This document shows positions 45,883 through 54,147 of a DNA stretch of 64,000 nucleotides, one piece after another; the first letter of the stretch is position 1; each line of letters begins with the position of its first letter. Source of the stretch: an uncultured Acidobacteriota bacterium (GTDB lineage: Bacteria > Acidobacteriota > Vicinamibacteria > Vicinamibacterales > JAKQTR01); assembly GCA_963809475.1 (NCBI GenBank), contig CAWEJS010000002.1:344116-408115 (forward strand), written 5' to 3'. The notes beneath the pieces were generated by a model. It saw nothing but the letters and a program-made list of their open reading frames with translations. It was not told where the DNA came from and searched no databases. Position numbers and translations under genes: made by a program.

Positions 45883-48105
45883 ATGAGAACGACGGGCCGC
45901 GTGGCGGGTGCCTGGGCGAGCGCGCTGGTGGCGGGGTTGGTGGTGCTGATGGCGGGAGTCAGTCTGCGCGGCCGGCAGGCTCCCCCGCCGGCGGCCCCGG
46001 GTCTCAAGACCTGGACGACGGACGAGGACCATCAGCACATGATGGCGCAGCTCGGCATCAAGCAGCTCCGTCCCGGGCCGAGCGGGAACGAGTCGGCGCC
46101 GAACCACGCCAACTACGATGAGGCGCTGGCGAACCCGTTCCCGGACTTCCCCGACGTCCTGACGCTGAAGAACGGCAGGAAGGTCACGTCGGCGAGCGCG
46201 TGGTGGAAGCAGCGCCGCCCGGAGCTTGTGGAAGACTTCGAGCGGGAGGTCCTCGGCCGGGTGCCTCCGGCGGTGCCGAAGGTGACGTGGACGGTCGCCG
46301 CCACGGCCCCGCTGCTCATCGGCACGCAGCCGGCCATCGGGAAGCAGCTGGTCGGCCGCGTCGACAACTCCGCGTGTCCCGGCATCACCGTCGAGATCCA
46401 GATGACGCTGGTCACGCCGGCTGCGGCGACGCGGCCGGTTCCCGTGATGATGATGTTCGGGTTCGGGCGGGCCGGGTTGTCGCAGACGCCGCCCGCCATG
46501 CCGGCCGGCCGCGGGGGCTTCCCGCCTCCCGACCCGTCTGCGGATCCGTCCCCGACCGAGCAGCTCATCGCCGCCGGATGGGGCTACGCCACGATCAGTC
46601 CCGCGAGCATCCAGGCGGACAACGGCGCCGGCCTGACGCGCGGCATCATCGGCCTGGTCAACAAGGGGCAGCCGCGCAAGCCGGACGACTGGGGCTCGCT
46701 GCGCGCGTGGGCGTGGGGCGCGTCGCGCGGACTGGACTACCTGGAGACCGACACGGACGTCGACGCGAAGCGCGTCGGGATCGAGGGCGTCTCGCGCTAC
46801 GGCAAGGCCGCGCTCGTCACGATGGCGTTCGATCAACGCTTCGCCGTCGTCCTCGTCGGGTCGTCCGGCGAGGGCGGCGCGAAGCCGCATCGCCGCAACT
46901 TCGGCGAGGCGGTGGAGAACCTCACCGGCTCGGGCGAGTACCACTGGATGGCCGGGAACTTCTTGAAGTACGGTGCCTCGGAGGCGAGCTTCGGCAGCAA
47001 GAATGCGGGCGACATCCCCGTGGATTCGCACGAACTCATTGCGCTCTGCGCGCCGCGGCTGACGTTCATCAGCTACGGCATTCCCGAGAAGGGCGACTCC
47101 AAGTGGCTCGACCAGCAAGGCAGCTTCATGGCGACAGTCGCCGCGGGGCCGGTGTTCCGCCTCCTCGGCGCGAGGGATCTCGGGGTGACGGACGACTACA
47201 GGATCGCGAAGATGCCCGGCGTGAACGTCGGGCTGCTCGACGGCCAGCTCGCGTGGCGCCAGCACGACGGCGGGCACACCGACCGTCCGAACTGGAAGTA
47301 CTTCATCCCGTGGGCGAACAGGTTCCTCGCCTACACGCCGCCCGCGCCCTCCCCGGTCCCGGCCGCAGCGGCCTATCTGGCGGTACCGCGGATCGACGGG
47401 AACTCGATGACCGCGCACGCGCAGCTGCTCGAGAAGGCGAAGCAGGGCCGGATCGACGTCTACTTCGAGGGCGACTCCATCACGCGCCGCTGGGGCGCGA
47501 CCGATTACCCGGACCTCCTCGCGAACTGGACGCAGAACTTCTACGGCTGGAACGCCGCCGACTTCGGGTGGGGCGCCGACCTGCTCGAGAACATTCTCTG
47601 GCGCCTTCAGAACGGCGAACTCGACGGCGTCAACCCGAAGGTCATCGTCCTGCTCGCCGGCACGAACAACGTCGGGAAGATCACGCCGGCCGACAACGCC
47701 GATGCGAAGGCCGCAGAGATCACGCGCGGCTTCCAGGCGATTCTGAACGTCATGCGGGCGAAGGCTCCCACCGCCACGATCATCGTCACGGGCATCTTCC
47801 CCCGCAACGACAGCATGGCGCACATGCCCGTGATTAGCCGGGTCAACGACCACCTGGCGAAGCTTGCGGACGGCCGGACGCTGCGGTTCCTGAACATCAA
47901 CGACAAACTGGCCGACGCCAGCGGTGTGCTCTTCGAAGGCATGATGAACGCGGACAAGCTCCATCCTGCCCTGAAGGCGTACCAGGTCTGGGCGGATGCG
48001 CTGAAGCCGATCTTCACGGAGTTGCTGGGTGCTCCGGCGAAAGAGGACCTCGCCCCGCCGCCGACGGGTGACCCGAGCGCGAAGGCGCCAATCCCCAAGC
48101 TGTAG
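45883..48105 (+). CDS. Fusion: CE15 glucuronoyl esterase + C-terminal SGNH (PAF-acetylhydrolase-like) esterase
   Basis: GGAGGA SD and an N-terminal anchor/signal. CE15 nucleophile block GIEGVSRYGKAALV (about 46786) and WRQHDGGHT. After a Pro-rich linker come SGNH blocks VYFEGDSITRRWG (about 47470), LLAGTNN and ADKLHP. Confidence 0.8.
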   Translation: MRTTGRVAGAWASALVAGLVVLMAGVSLRGRQAPPPAAPGLKTWTTDEDHQHMMAQLGIKQLRPGPSGNESAPNHANYDEALANPFPDFPDVLTLKNGRKVTSASAWWKQRRPELVEDFEREVLGRVPPAVPKVTWTVAATAPLLIGTQPAIGKQLVGRVDNSACPGITVEIQMTLVTPAAATRPVPVMMMFGFGRAGLSQTPPAMPAGRGGFPPPDPSADPSPTEQLIAAGWGYATISPASIQADNGAGLTRGIIGLVNKGQPRKPDDWGSLRAWAWGASRGLDYLETDTDVDAKRVGIEGVSRYGKAALVTMAFDQRFAVVLVGSSGEGGAKPHRRNFGEAVENLTGSGEYHWMAGNFLKYGASEASFGSKNAGDIPVDSHELIALCAPRLTFISYGIPEKGDSKWLDQQGSFMATVAAGPVFRLLGARDLGVTDDYRIAKMPGVNVGLLDGQLAWRQHDGGHTDRPNWKYFIPWANRFLAYTPPAPSPVPAAAAYLAVPRIDGNSMTAHAQLLEKAKQGRIDVYFEGDSITRRWGATDYPDLLANWTQNFYGWNAADFGWGADLLENILWRLQNGELDGVNPKVIVLLAGTNNVGKITPADNADAKAAEITRGFQAILNVMRAKAPTATIIVTGIFPRNDSMAHMPVISRVNDHLAKLADGRTLRFLNINDKLADASGVLFEGMMNADKLHPALKAYQVWADALKPIFTELLGAPAKEDLAPPPTGDPSAKAPIPKL

Positions 48106-48110
48106 CGGCG

Positions 48111-49703
48111 TTACTGCCTGCAGACGTAGTTCTTCGCGTCCTGCGGATCGCCCTGGCCGGTGTACCGGGCGTGGGCGGGGTACGCGCACAGCGGACGGCT
48201 GCGGCCCGGAAACGCCCGGCCGGTCGCCACCACCGAGTCCGGTGCGACGCCCTTCTCCACCCAGTCGGTGACCGCGGTCAGCATGTCGAACCGATCGAGC
48301 GCGGCATTCCCGCCGCCGCAGTGGCCCATCCCCGGCACCAGGTACAGGCGGCTCCACGACAGGACCCGTTCCGAGCCGCCGTTGTCGCGCGTCATCGCCT
48401 CGTAGTAGCCGACCGTGTCGAGGGGCGAGAACCACGGGTCGCTGAGGCCGTGATAGAAGAGCAGTTTGCCGCCGCGGCCCGCGAAGGTCGACAGCTTGGT
48501 CCAGATGCTGTCGCCGATCAGGTCGTCGACGCCGGCCGCGATCTGGACCGCCTCCCGATCCACGTCGAACGTCGCCGCATCGAGGGGGAGGCTGACGGGA
48601 ATGCGCGGTCCGAACAGGAGGCCCGGAAGGCCTGACGGCCCCTGCGCGATGCCGGCGTCGTAGGGAAACCCGGGGTAGATTTGATTGCCGCGGACGTCCT
48701 TCGGCCCGGCGAACGCCTTCTTCAGCGCGGCCGCCTTCGCAGGCGCGAGGCACCCGTCAGCCTGGGCCGCCTTGCACGCCATCGACGCCGGGTCAAAGCT
48801 GCAGCCGCGGCTGTCGAAGATCATCCCGTCCTTGATGCCGTCCTTGCCGTCGCAGGCGTCGAGGAGCGCGTTGACGATGAGTGTCCTGTCCGCCGCGGAG
48901 AACAGCTCGGCAGGTTTCCCGGCCGCGTCCTTGCCTGCGGCCCTGCCGAACACGCTGCCGATGTAGGCGAGCGCGAGGTTCGAGTACCCCGTGCGAATCG
49001 CGGGATTCCCCGAGACGACGCCGTCGAAGTACGTCGGGTACCGCTGCGTGACGACCATCGCCTCGCGGCCGCCCGTCGAGCAGCCGGCGAAGTAGGCGTG
49101 CTCGGCCGCGCGCCCGTAGTACGCGGCGATTACGCGCTTCGCGACCTGCGTCACCCGCCCGATCGCGACGTAGTAGAAATCCAGGCTCGCCTGCTGGTCC
49201 TTGAAGAACGACCCGTCGAAGACGCTCCCCTTGTGTCCGCTGTCCGTAGCGGCAACGGCGAAGCCGCGCCCGAGCGCCGTGGTGTCGCCGGCGGCCGTCG
49301 CACCAATCGGGAGTCCGACCGTCCCGTTCAGGCCCCCGCCGCCCTGGAACAGGAACCGGCCGCTCCAGTTCTCCGGTAGCGCGAGCGCGAAGCCGATCCC
49401 GTACGGTTTGCCTTCCACTCCCTCGCGACGGTCGATCACGCCCTCGACGCGACAGTGGGCCGGCAGCGCCATCGCCGGTGCCCCCGGGAACCCGCCCGGC
49501 GCGGGCGGCGCTCCTTCTGCGATCGGCTCGGCGCGTGTGATCGCGATCGACATGCCCGGCAACTGGAACTTCAGCAGGTCGGAGCACGAACCGGGACCAG
49601 GGGTGCCCTGTCCGAACGCAACCGCGGCCGGCAGGATGAACAACGACAGCACCGGCGCCAGCAGGAATGCGGCCGGGATCTTGGCTGAACGCGTCAGTCT
49701 CAT
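48111..49703 (-). CDS. Tannase / feruloyl esterase family (alpha/beta hydrolase), secreted
   Basis: Signal peptide MRLTRSAKIPAAFLLAPVLSLFILPAAVAFG. Motifs FQGGGGLNG, FAGCSTGGREA and VPGMGHCGGG, with multiple paired Cys residues. Confidence 0.85.
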   Translation of the reverse strand: MRLTRSAKIPAAFLLAPVLSLFILPAAVAFGQGTPGPGSCSDLLKFQLPGMSIAITRAEPIAEGAPPAPGGFPGAPAMALPAHCRVEGVIDRREGVEGKPYGIGFALALPENWSGRFLFQGGGGLNGTVGLPIGATAAGDTTALGRGFAVAATDSGHKGSVFDGSFFKDQQASLDFYYVAIGRVTQVAKRVIAAYYGRAAEHAYFAGCSTGGREAMVVTQRYPTYFDGVVSGNPAIRTGYSNLALAYIGSVFGRAAGKDAAGKPAELFSAADRTLIVNALLDACDGKDGIKDGMIFDSRGCSFDPASMACKAAQADGCLAPAKAAALKKAFAGPKDVRGNQIYPGFPYDAGIAQGPSGLPGLLFGPRIPVSLPLDAATFDVDREAVQIAAGVDDLIGDSIWTKLSTFAGRGGKLLFYHGLSDPWFSPLDTVGYYEAMTRDNGGSERVLSWSRLYLVPGMGHCGGGNAALDRFDMLTAVTDWVEKGVAPDSVVATGRAFPGRSRPLCAYPAHARYTGQGDPQDAKNYVCRQ

Positions 49704-49830
49704 GGGAACGGTCCCTTCAAGAGAAGCGTGGAGGGGCACGCCGGGCATTGTAAGATGTCCGCGCCCTCAGGTGCAGGAAAGACGGAAAGGTGGTGCTGGA
49801 GGAGCAGACGCAAGGAGACCTGCTGGTGGG

Positions 49831-50217
49831 TTGCACGAGCACGCGCCGTTCGCGGCGCTGTTCCAGGGCGGCGCCGTGTGGCAGAGGCTGCCGCGATGGC
49901 TGAAGGGCTCGTTCATCGGCGCGATCGTGCTGCTGCCGCTCGCGATCCTCGTGCAGATCGTGCGATTCGCCCACCGTCTGCGCCGCAAGGAGCCTGGGGG
50001 CCAACGGCGCGCTCGCCGCGCGTGCGGGCAACTCCTTCGACCGGTCGCTGCTTCGCGGCGCCGCGCGCGGCGCTCGCATCCGGGCCCGGCGGGTGGCGGG
50101 AAATCGCCCCTGGCGGCGACGCACGCGCTGTGTGGCTCCGTCCCAGTGAATCTGACTGATTTACGCGGCGGCCTCATGATACGGTCGAGGAGCGAGAAGG
50201 AGCAGGGTATTCCATGA
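49831..50217 (+). CDS. Possible small single-pass membrane protein with an Arg-rich tail (TTG start; alternative GTG about 49876)
   Basis: In this frame third positions switch from mixed to almost all G/C at about 49831. It encodes ...WQRLPRWLKGSFIGAIVLLPLAILVQIVRFAHRLRRKE... The stop TGA overlaps the next ATG (ATGA at 50214-50217). AAGGAG lies at 49812-49817. The tail composition is poor, so this remains uncertain. Confidence 0.3.
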   Translation: MHEHAPFAALFQGGAVWQRLPRWLKGSFIGAIVLLPLAILVQIVRFAHRLRRKEPGGQRRARRACGQLLRPVAASRRRARRSHPGPAGGGKSPLAATHALCGSVPVNLTDLRGGLMIRSRSEKEQGIP

Positions 50218-51797
50218 AGAGGCTTATCATCGCCGTTCTTGGGTTGGCGATCCTCGCTGGCGCGGGGTTCGCCGCATACCACCTCGGCCTGGTCAACCGT
50301 TTCATCGGACCATCGCCATCCGGGACCACCGCAGCGAGCGCCTCGTCCCGGAGCGAGGCCGGCGGAACCGTGCCCGGTGTCACGCCCGGTGCGCCGGCCG
50401 TGACGGTGGATACGCCCGGCATCGTTACCCAGGCGTCGGCCGCGACTGCCGACGGTGCGCCTACGCCGATCCCCGCGGGCCTGGTCGCGGTCGCGAAGGA
50501 GGGCGAGCCCATCTCCAACAAGTCCATCGAGGTGCGCGTGACGGACCTGCGCACGGCGCAGACTGTCGGCAGCCGGTCTGCTCCTGACGGCCGTGAGTTC
50601 GTCATCGTCGGCACGTCGTGGAAGAGCCTGGTTCCGCCCCAGAAGGTCAACCGGAAGAAGGCCCAGGATCGCACGGCGGGCATGGGCAGCCTCGGCTTCG
50701 GCGGCGGCGCGACGGCACAGGACCGGGCGGACGACGAGGCGAACTCGACACTCGAACAGGTGCCCTTCGAGATGGGCCCGATGGCGAAGCACGTGTGGCT
50801 CGTCGCGGACGGCCGCTACGCCGAGGAGCTTGACGTCGCCGGCACCAACGCCACCGATGGCCACCTCGATACCGACAAGCTCAGGCTGCCGGCCCAGAAC
50901 GCCGTGAAGTCCGGTCCGCTCGTGTACGAGGCGCCGGCAAACGCTCAATCCCTGGCGCTCCTGGTGCTGGATACCGCAAACGGCCACCTGCTGATTCCGA
51001 TCAAGGGCGCGCCCCCGGCTCTCGTCAGCAGCCTGGGCGGCGCGGGCCGCACAAACGACGTCATGGATCTGGCGCTCGCGGGCGCGTCGTGGTCCGAGGC
51101 CCCAGCCACGCTGCCGGGGACCAGGACCCTCGTCGTCACTCTCCGGGGCATCAGCCGCCAGAACGCGATCGTGGACATTCCGTTCGGGGACTTCAGCTTC
51201 CTTCAGACGGACAAGGGCTGCGTCGCCCAGCCGGACAGAGAGTCCCCCGCCGTCGGCCGGCCACTGGCCCCGAAGGGCCGATTCGTGCCGTTCGTGCCGA
51301 GCGAGGGCCAACTCGCGTTCACCGTGCCGGCCGACACGCAGCGCGCCATGCTGCTCGTTCGGGTGCGGGGAACCGGGCCGGTCGACATCCCGGTCCTGGG
51401 GGACGGAGGCACCAGCAAGCCGGCCCCTCTCGCCACGCACGAGGACGGCAGGGTCCTGCGCGTCAGCACCGTCGGCACGGAGGAGCCGCCGCCGGGCCTG
51501 CCGCAGCCGCGCGCGGGGCTCGAGTATCTGGTCGTGGACTACGTCGTCGAGAACCTGACGGCGGGTGCTGGCATTGAGCTGCAACTGGCGCCGCAGCTCT
51601 CCCTCGCAGACGGCGAGGGGAAGACCTATCCGCCGGACCGGGCGAGCGCGCAGCTCCCGTGCCGGCTCACCGGGGCGAACGTCGTGCCGGCCGGCGGGTG
51701 GCGGCGGTTCTCGCTGCTCTATGCCGTGCCGCCTGGTCAGCCGCTCACGTTGAAGTACCGCGGATTCGAATCTGAGGGGTCGTTGAAGGTGCGGTAG
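50214..51797 (+). CDS. Membrane-anchored hypothetical protein with three tandem beta-sandwich (DUF4352-like) domains
   Basis: AAGGAG SD. N-terminus MKRLIIAVLGLAILAGAGFAAYHLGLV, then an Ala/Ser/Thr/Pro linker. Three segments show the pattern FVIVGTSWKS..., LVVTLRGISRQN... and YLVVDYVVENLT...GGWRRFSLLYAVPPG. I recognise no catalytic motif. Confidence 0.7.
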   Translation: MKRLIIAVLGLAILAGAGFAAYHLGLVNRFIGPSPSGTTAASASSRSEAGGTVPGVTPGAPAVTVDTPGIVTQASAATADGAPTPIPAGLVAVAKEGEPISNKSIEVRVTDLRTAQTVGSRSAPDGREFVIVGTSWKSLVPPQKVNRKKAQDRTAGMGSLGFGGGATAQDRADDEANSTLEQVPFEMGPMAKHVWLVADGRYAEELDVAGTNATDGHLDTDKLRLPAQNAVKSGPLVYEAPANAQSLALLVLDTANGHLLIPIKGAPPALVSSLGGAGRTNDVMDLALAGASWSEAPATLPGTRTLVVTLRGISRQNAIVDIPFGDFSFLQTDKGCVAQPDRESPAVGRPLAPKGRFVPFVPSEGQLAFTVPADTQRAMLLVRVRGTGPVDIPVLGDGGTSKPAPLATHEDGRVLRVSTVGTEEPPPGLPQPRAGLEYLVVDYVVENLTAGAGIELQLAPQLSLADGEGKTYPPDRASAQLPCRLTGANVVPAGGWRRFSLLYAVPPGQPLTLKYRGFESEGSLKVR

Positions 51798-51860
51798 CGC
51801 GGCAGGGCGTCGGATGGCGCGCGGCCCGGTGCCGGCCCTGCGGCCGGAATGATCGGTGGT

Positions 51861-51881
51861 ATAGTTCCCGCCGGCAACTAT
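51861..51881. promoter_or_regulatory. Candidate operator upstream of the GH67-GPH-GH10-GH3 operon
   Basis: 21-bp palindrome ATAGTTCCCGCCGGCAACTAT (9 of 10 arm pairs). It abuts and overlaps by 1 nt a TTGACC -35-like hexamer (51881-86), about 65 nt upstream of ATG 51946. Confidence 0.35.
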
Positions 51882-51945
51882 TGACCTGCCCCTGTCTCTC
51901 ATCGGTCGAATGCCATCGGACCCGGGATTGTTTGGCAGGCGAACT

Positions 51946-54123
51946 ATGCACGAACACCCGCAGCGGGCCGCGACGCGCCGGCGCCTGGCGTTCGTCGTCG
52001 TCCTGACACTCGCGTCCGCCGTTCGTCCCTCGGCCGAGACCGGCCATGACCTGTGGTTGCGCTACCAACCGATTGAAGACGCGGCGCTGCGGAACGCGTA
52101 TGCCCGCCAGGCCTCCTCCATCGTCGTGTCGACGGAGTCGGCGACCGGCAAGATCATCGCGGCCGAGCTGCGGCGCGGGCTGAGCGTGCTCCTTGGCGCG
52201 GAGGTGCCGCTCGCGCCGTCCGTCGACCGGAACGGGGTCATCGTCGTCGGCACGCCGGCGAACTCCCCCGCCATCGCGCGCCTCGGCTGGACTGCACGCC
52301 TCGCGCGTGCGGGCGGCGAGGGCTACGTCATCCGGTCCGCGACGATCGGCGGCCACGCCGTCACCGTCATCGCGTCGCAGACCGAGATCGGTGCGCTTCA
52401 CGGCACCTTCCACGTCCTGCGCCTGCTCCAGACGCGGCAGCCAGTCGGAGCGCTCGACATCGTGGAGCGGCCGGCGATGGCGCTCCGCATCCTCAACCAC
52501 TGGGACAACCTCGACGGCAGCGTCGAGCGCGGCTACGCGGGCGCGTCGCTGTGGAAGTGGGCCGATCTGCCCGCGCTCGTGGATCCCCGTCTCGCCGAGT
52601 ACGGCCGCGCGAACGCGTCGCTCGGGCTCAACGGCACGGTCCTGAACAACGTCAACGCGAACGCCCAGGCCCTCACCCGTTCCGGCCTGCAGAAGGCCGC
52701 CGCGGTGGCGGACGTCCTTCGCCCGTACGGGCTGCGCGTGTACCTGTCGGCGAACTTCGCCGCGCCCCGCCTGCTTGGCGGGCTCGCGACCGCCGATCCG
52801 CTCGACCCCGACGTCGCCCGGTGGTGGCGCGGGAAAGCCGACGAGATCTACCAACTCATCCCGGACTTCGGAGGGTTCCTCGTCAAGGCGAACAGCGAGG
52901 GTCAGCCGGGCCCGCAGGACTACCAGCGCACGCACGCGGACGGCGCCAACCTGCTGGCCGACGCTCTCGCCCCGCACGGCGGCATCGTCATATGGCGCGC
53001 CTTCGTCTATTCGGCCGACGTGGACCCCGACCGGGTCAAGCGGGCGTTCCTCGAGTTCACGCCGCTCGACGGCCGGTTCCGCGACAACGTGCTCGTGCAG
53101 GTCAAGAACGGGCCGCTCGACTTCCAGCCGCGCGAACCGTTCAGCCCGCTGTTCGGGTCGATGCCGCGCACGCCGCTGCTGGCGGAGTTGCAGATCACGC
53201 AGGAGTACCTCGGGCAGTCGAACCACCTCGTCTACCTCGCGCCGATGTGGAAGGAGTTCCTCGACGCGGACACGTACGCGAAGGGCGAGGGCTCGACCGT
53301 GGCGAGCGTTGTCGACGGGCGTCTCCACGGGTACCGGCAATCGGGCATGGCCGGCGTGGCGAACACGGGGAGCGACGCCAACTGGACCGGGCATCACTTC
53401 GGCCAGGCGAACTGGTACGCGTACGGGCGGCTGGCGTGGAACCCGCGGCTGACCTCCGAGCAGATCGCCGATGAGTGGATCGCGATGACGTGGACCCACG
53501 AGCCGGCCGTCGCGTCCGCGATTCGTTCGCTCATGCTTGGTTCGCGGGAGGCCTACGTCGACTACACGATGCCGTTGGGGCTGCACCACCTGATCGGCGG
53601 CGACCACTACGCGCCGATGCCGGAGAACGCCGACTCGCGCCGCGAGGACTGGTCCGCGATCTACTACCACCGGGCGGAACGCGCCGGCATCGGCTTCGAT
53701 CGAACCGCGAGCGGCAGCAACGCGGTCGGTCAATACCGATCGCCGCTGCGCGAGCAGTGGAGCGACCTCGCGACGTGCCCGGAGAGCCTGCTGCTCTGGT
53801 TTCACCACCTGCCGTGGGACTACCGCCTCAGGTCGGGCGGCACGCTCTGGGAGGGTCTGGTGCGCCACTACTCTCAGGGCGCCCGGCTCGCCCGGGACAT
53901 GGTGACGCAGTGGGAAGCCCTGCGAGGCAGGTTTGACGAGGAGCGTTACCAGGCGGTGCTCGCGACGCTGCAGACCCAGGCCGCCGACGCCGCGGCCTGG
54001 CGCGACAAGTGCCTGAAGTACTTCCAGCAATTCAGCCAGCGCCCCATACCCGACCGGGCCACCACGCCCGGCGCTCAAGCCTGGCAGCACGTGTCGACGG
54101 ATCGGCGGGAGGCCGAGCGGTAA
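51946..54123 (+). CDS. aguA: GH67 alpha-glucuronidase
   Basis: N-terminus MHEHPQRAATRRRLAFVVVLTLASAVRPSAE (Arg-rich signal). Motifs RILNHWDNLDGSVERGYAG, GFLVKANSEGQPGPQDYQRTHADGAN, WRAFVY and ITQEYLGQ. Alternative ATG at 51910. Confidence 0.9.
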   Translation: MHEHPQRAATRRRLAFVVVLTLASAVRPSAETGHDLWLRYQPIEDAALRNAYARQASSIVVSTESATGKIIAAELRRGLSVLLGAEVPLAPSVDRNGVIVVGTPANSPAIARLGWTARLARAGGEGYVIRSATIGGHAVTVIASQTEIGALHGTFHVLRLLQTRQPVGALDIVERPAMALRILNHWDNLDGSVERGYAGASLWKWADLPALVDPRLAEYGRANASLGLNGTVLNNVNANAQALTRSGLQKAAAVADVLRPYGLRVYLSANFAAPRLLGGLATADPLDPDVARWWRGKADEIYQLIPDFGGFLVKANSEGQPGPQDYQRTHADGANLLADALAPHGGIVIWRAFVYSADVDPDRVKRAFLEFTPLDGRFRDNVLVQVKNGPLDFQPREPFSPLFGSMPRTPLLAELQITQEYLGQSNHLVYLAPMWKEFLDADTYAKGEGSTVASVVDGRLHGYRQSGMAGVANTGSDANWTGHHFGQANWYAYGRLAWNPRLTSEQIADEWIAMTWTHEPAVASAIRSLMLGSREAYVDYTMPLGLHHLIGGDHYAPMPENADSRREDWSAIYYHRAERAGIGFDRTASGSNAVGQYRSPLREQWSDLATCPESLLLWFHHLPWDYRLRSGGTLWEGLVRHYSQGARLARDMVTQWEALRGRFDEERYQAVLATLQTQAADAAAWRDKCLKYFQQFSQRPIPDRATTPGAQAWQHVSTDRREAER

Positions 54124-54147
54124 CCATCATCCCCCTGACGAGGAACC

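Noticed and set aside
45736-48753. 1005-aa minus ORF, and similar long antisense ORFs (for example 51745..54090, 28489..31056, 49767..51902, 3221..5044, 34604..36337, 41287..42645)
   Set aside because: All lie opposite genes with strong family signatures. All have the Arg/Gly/Pro/Asp-heavy composition expected of stop-poor antisense frames in GC-rich DNA.
49717-50159. ORFs 49728..50159 (+) and 49717..50124 (-) in the 510-bp gap
   Set aside because: They are Arg-rich with no hydrophobic core or motifs, and their third codon positions do not follow the G/C pattern. Only the frame ending at 50217 shows coding-like GC3, and it is reported separately at low confidence.
51755-51775. tRNA T-arm-like string ggattcgaatc
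   Set aside because: It lies inside the coding frame of the 527-aa protein (..YRGFESEG..). No acceptor or anticodon arms can be built around it.
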